Shown here in pieces: positions 63,216-64,000 of a stretch of 64,000 nucleotides of DNA. The position numbers and the translations under genes are program-made. Where the stretch lies: the IMG/VR virus record IMGVR_UViG_3300035182_002586, positions 1-64,000 of that record. One strand, written 5' to 3'. Position 1 is the stretch's first letter. Every line of letters begins with the position of its first letter. The notes under the pieces are model-generated. The model saw only the letters and a list, made by a program, of their open reading frames with translations, searched no databases and had not been told where the DNA came from.

Positions 63216-63923
63216 TCAGCGCTTCGCGAGTTGCACCGAGGCGCGTTCCTCCCACCCCTCCAGCTTCGTCATGAGACGGTTGGTGAGGAGGTCGAGTTCT
63301 TCGGTCTTGAGGACTTCGCCTGCGACGGCCAGGACTGACTGCACCCACAGCTTGAAGACCGCCTGGAACTTCTCGCTGTGCAGGTCGAGAAGGTCACCAC
63401 CGAGCTTCTTGATCTCCAGCTCGATGTTCGCGATCTTCGTCAGGGCGTCGATGCGGCGCGTCGAGATCTGCGCGGTGTCCTTGCCGAGCTTCTCGTTCTC
63501 GATGCGCTGGAACTGGAGAGCCGCCGACTCCTTGGCGACTTCTGCCTTCACGAGATGCAGGATCTCCGCTGAGTCCGCCTTGCCGAGGGCAGCCCGCAGG
63601 ATCGGGTCGTTCTGAACGAACTTCTGCTTCTCGTTCGACATCTCCGCGTGGTATTCGAGGTCCGATGTCGTCGGCATCCTCTCGACCTTGCGCGGCCGCC
63701 CACGCTGGCGCGTCACCTTGAGGTCGTTCTTCCCCGTTCGCGGCGCTGCGTGCACCGGAAGAAGACGAAGCACGTTGCCCTCACGGTCATCCGAACCGCC
63801 TTCGGCCTCCCCGGACTCGCCGATCGGGTCTGCGTCGTCGACATCTTGCCCCTCGCCTTCATCGGCGGTGGCCTCGTCGATCACTCGCTCCAGCTCGTCG
63901 TCATGTTCCGCAGACATGCTCAT
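63216..63923 (-). CDS. probable terminase small subunit
   Basis: Immediately upstream of TerL; AT-hook-like RGRPRK and helical C-terminus. Positional inference. Confidence 0.5.
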   Translation of the reverse strand: MSMSAEHDDELERVIDEATADEGEGQDVDDADPIGESGEAEGGSDDREGNVLRLLPVHAAPRTGKNDLKVTRQRGRPRKVERMPTTSDLEYHAEMSNEKQKFVQNDPILRAALGKADSAEILHLVKAEVAKESAALQFQRIENEKLGKDTAQISTRRIDALTKIANIELEIKKLGGDLLDLHSEKFQAVFKLWVQSVLAVAGEVLKTEELDLLTNRLMTKLEGWEERASVQLAKR

Positions 63924-64000
63924 TTCTCCTTGACGCCGACTGCTTTGGCGCCACCCCCACCCTGCGTCTCGATGAGATACTGAGAGAGGTTGCTCACAGC
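63920..64000 (-). CDS. 3' end of a gene truncated by the window edge
   Basis: ...NLSQYLIETQGGGGAKAVGVKEK-TGA overlapping the next ATG (ATGA). Confidence 0.5.
   Translation of the reverse strand, partial: AVSNLSQYLIETQGGGGAKAVGVKEK

Noticed and set aside
1-64000. Genome-wide stop-codon reassignment
   Set aside because: Conserved genes are full length under the standard code and end in TGA, TAG or TAA with tight coupling to the next gene.
1-64000. tRNA/rRNA genes
   Set aside because: No T-loop/cloverleaf or rRNA signature noticed by eye; tRNAscan-SE and Infernal would be needed to exclude them.
1-64000. Bacterial chromosome segment (recA, ligA, clpX, pyrC, rnhB)
   Set aside because: These genes are divergent, lack their usual operon partners, and sit among TerL, portal and dense small ORFs sharing one private upstream motif.

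Overview
The window looks like a 64-kb segment of a large, high-GC tailed dsDNA phage, probably a jumbo phage. The host cannot be determined; Myxococcota is a guess from base composition and Cys-Gly repeats. Left to right it holds: an envelope cassette (coiled-coil protein, TM/PspA-like protein, SBP-OmpA fusion, ABC permease); many small hypothetical genes; topoisomerase IB followed by a frameshifted GIY-YIG/NUMOD3 homing endonuclease; two DNA methyltransferases, RNase HII, BtpA and PyrC; a chimeric truncated TnpB; a recombination/repair block (split SbcC, beta-clamp-like protein, PD-(D/E)XK nuclease, SbcD, RecA, RuvC-like resolvase, probable SSB, RecD2, LigA); host-takeover genes (YccA/BI-1, DHH, SLOG, histone-H1-like, ClpX); and the start of the head module (portal, TerL, probable TerS). 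Main unexplained signals: (1) a GGTGTA motif sits 11-14 nt before 22 start codons, suggesting genome-wide leaderless transcription; (2) unrelated early-type proteins share a C-terminal tag [ST]-[ALM]-W-[DE]-[HR]-[LI]-x-[DE]-[DE]; (3) a second tag, RVAARF/KVANRY-like, marks a different protein set with a different upstream motif (TTyTATC); (4) an ATPase-only paralog of the large terminase. No tRNA, rRNA or CRISPR array was seen. All family calls come from motif recognition by eye, not database searches.
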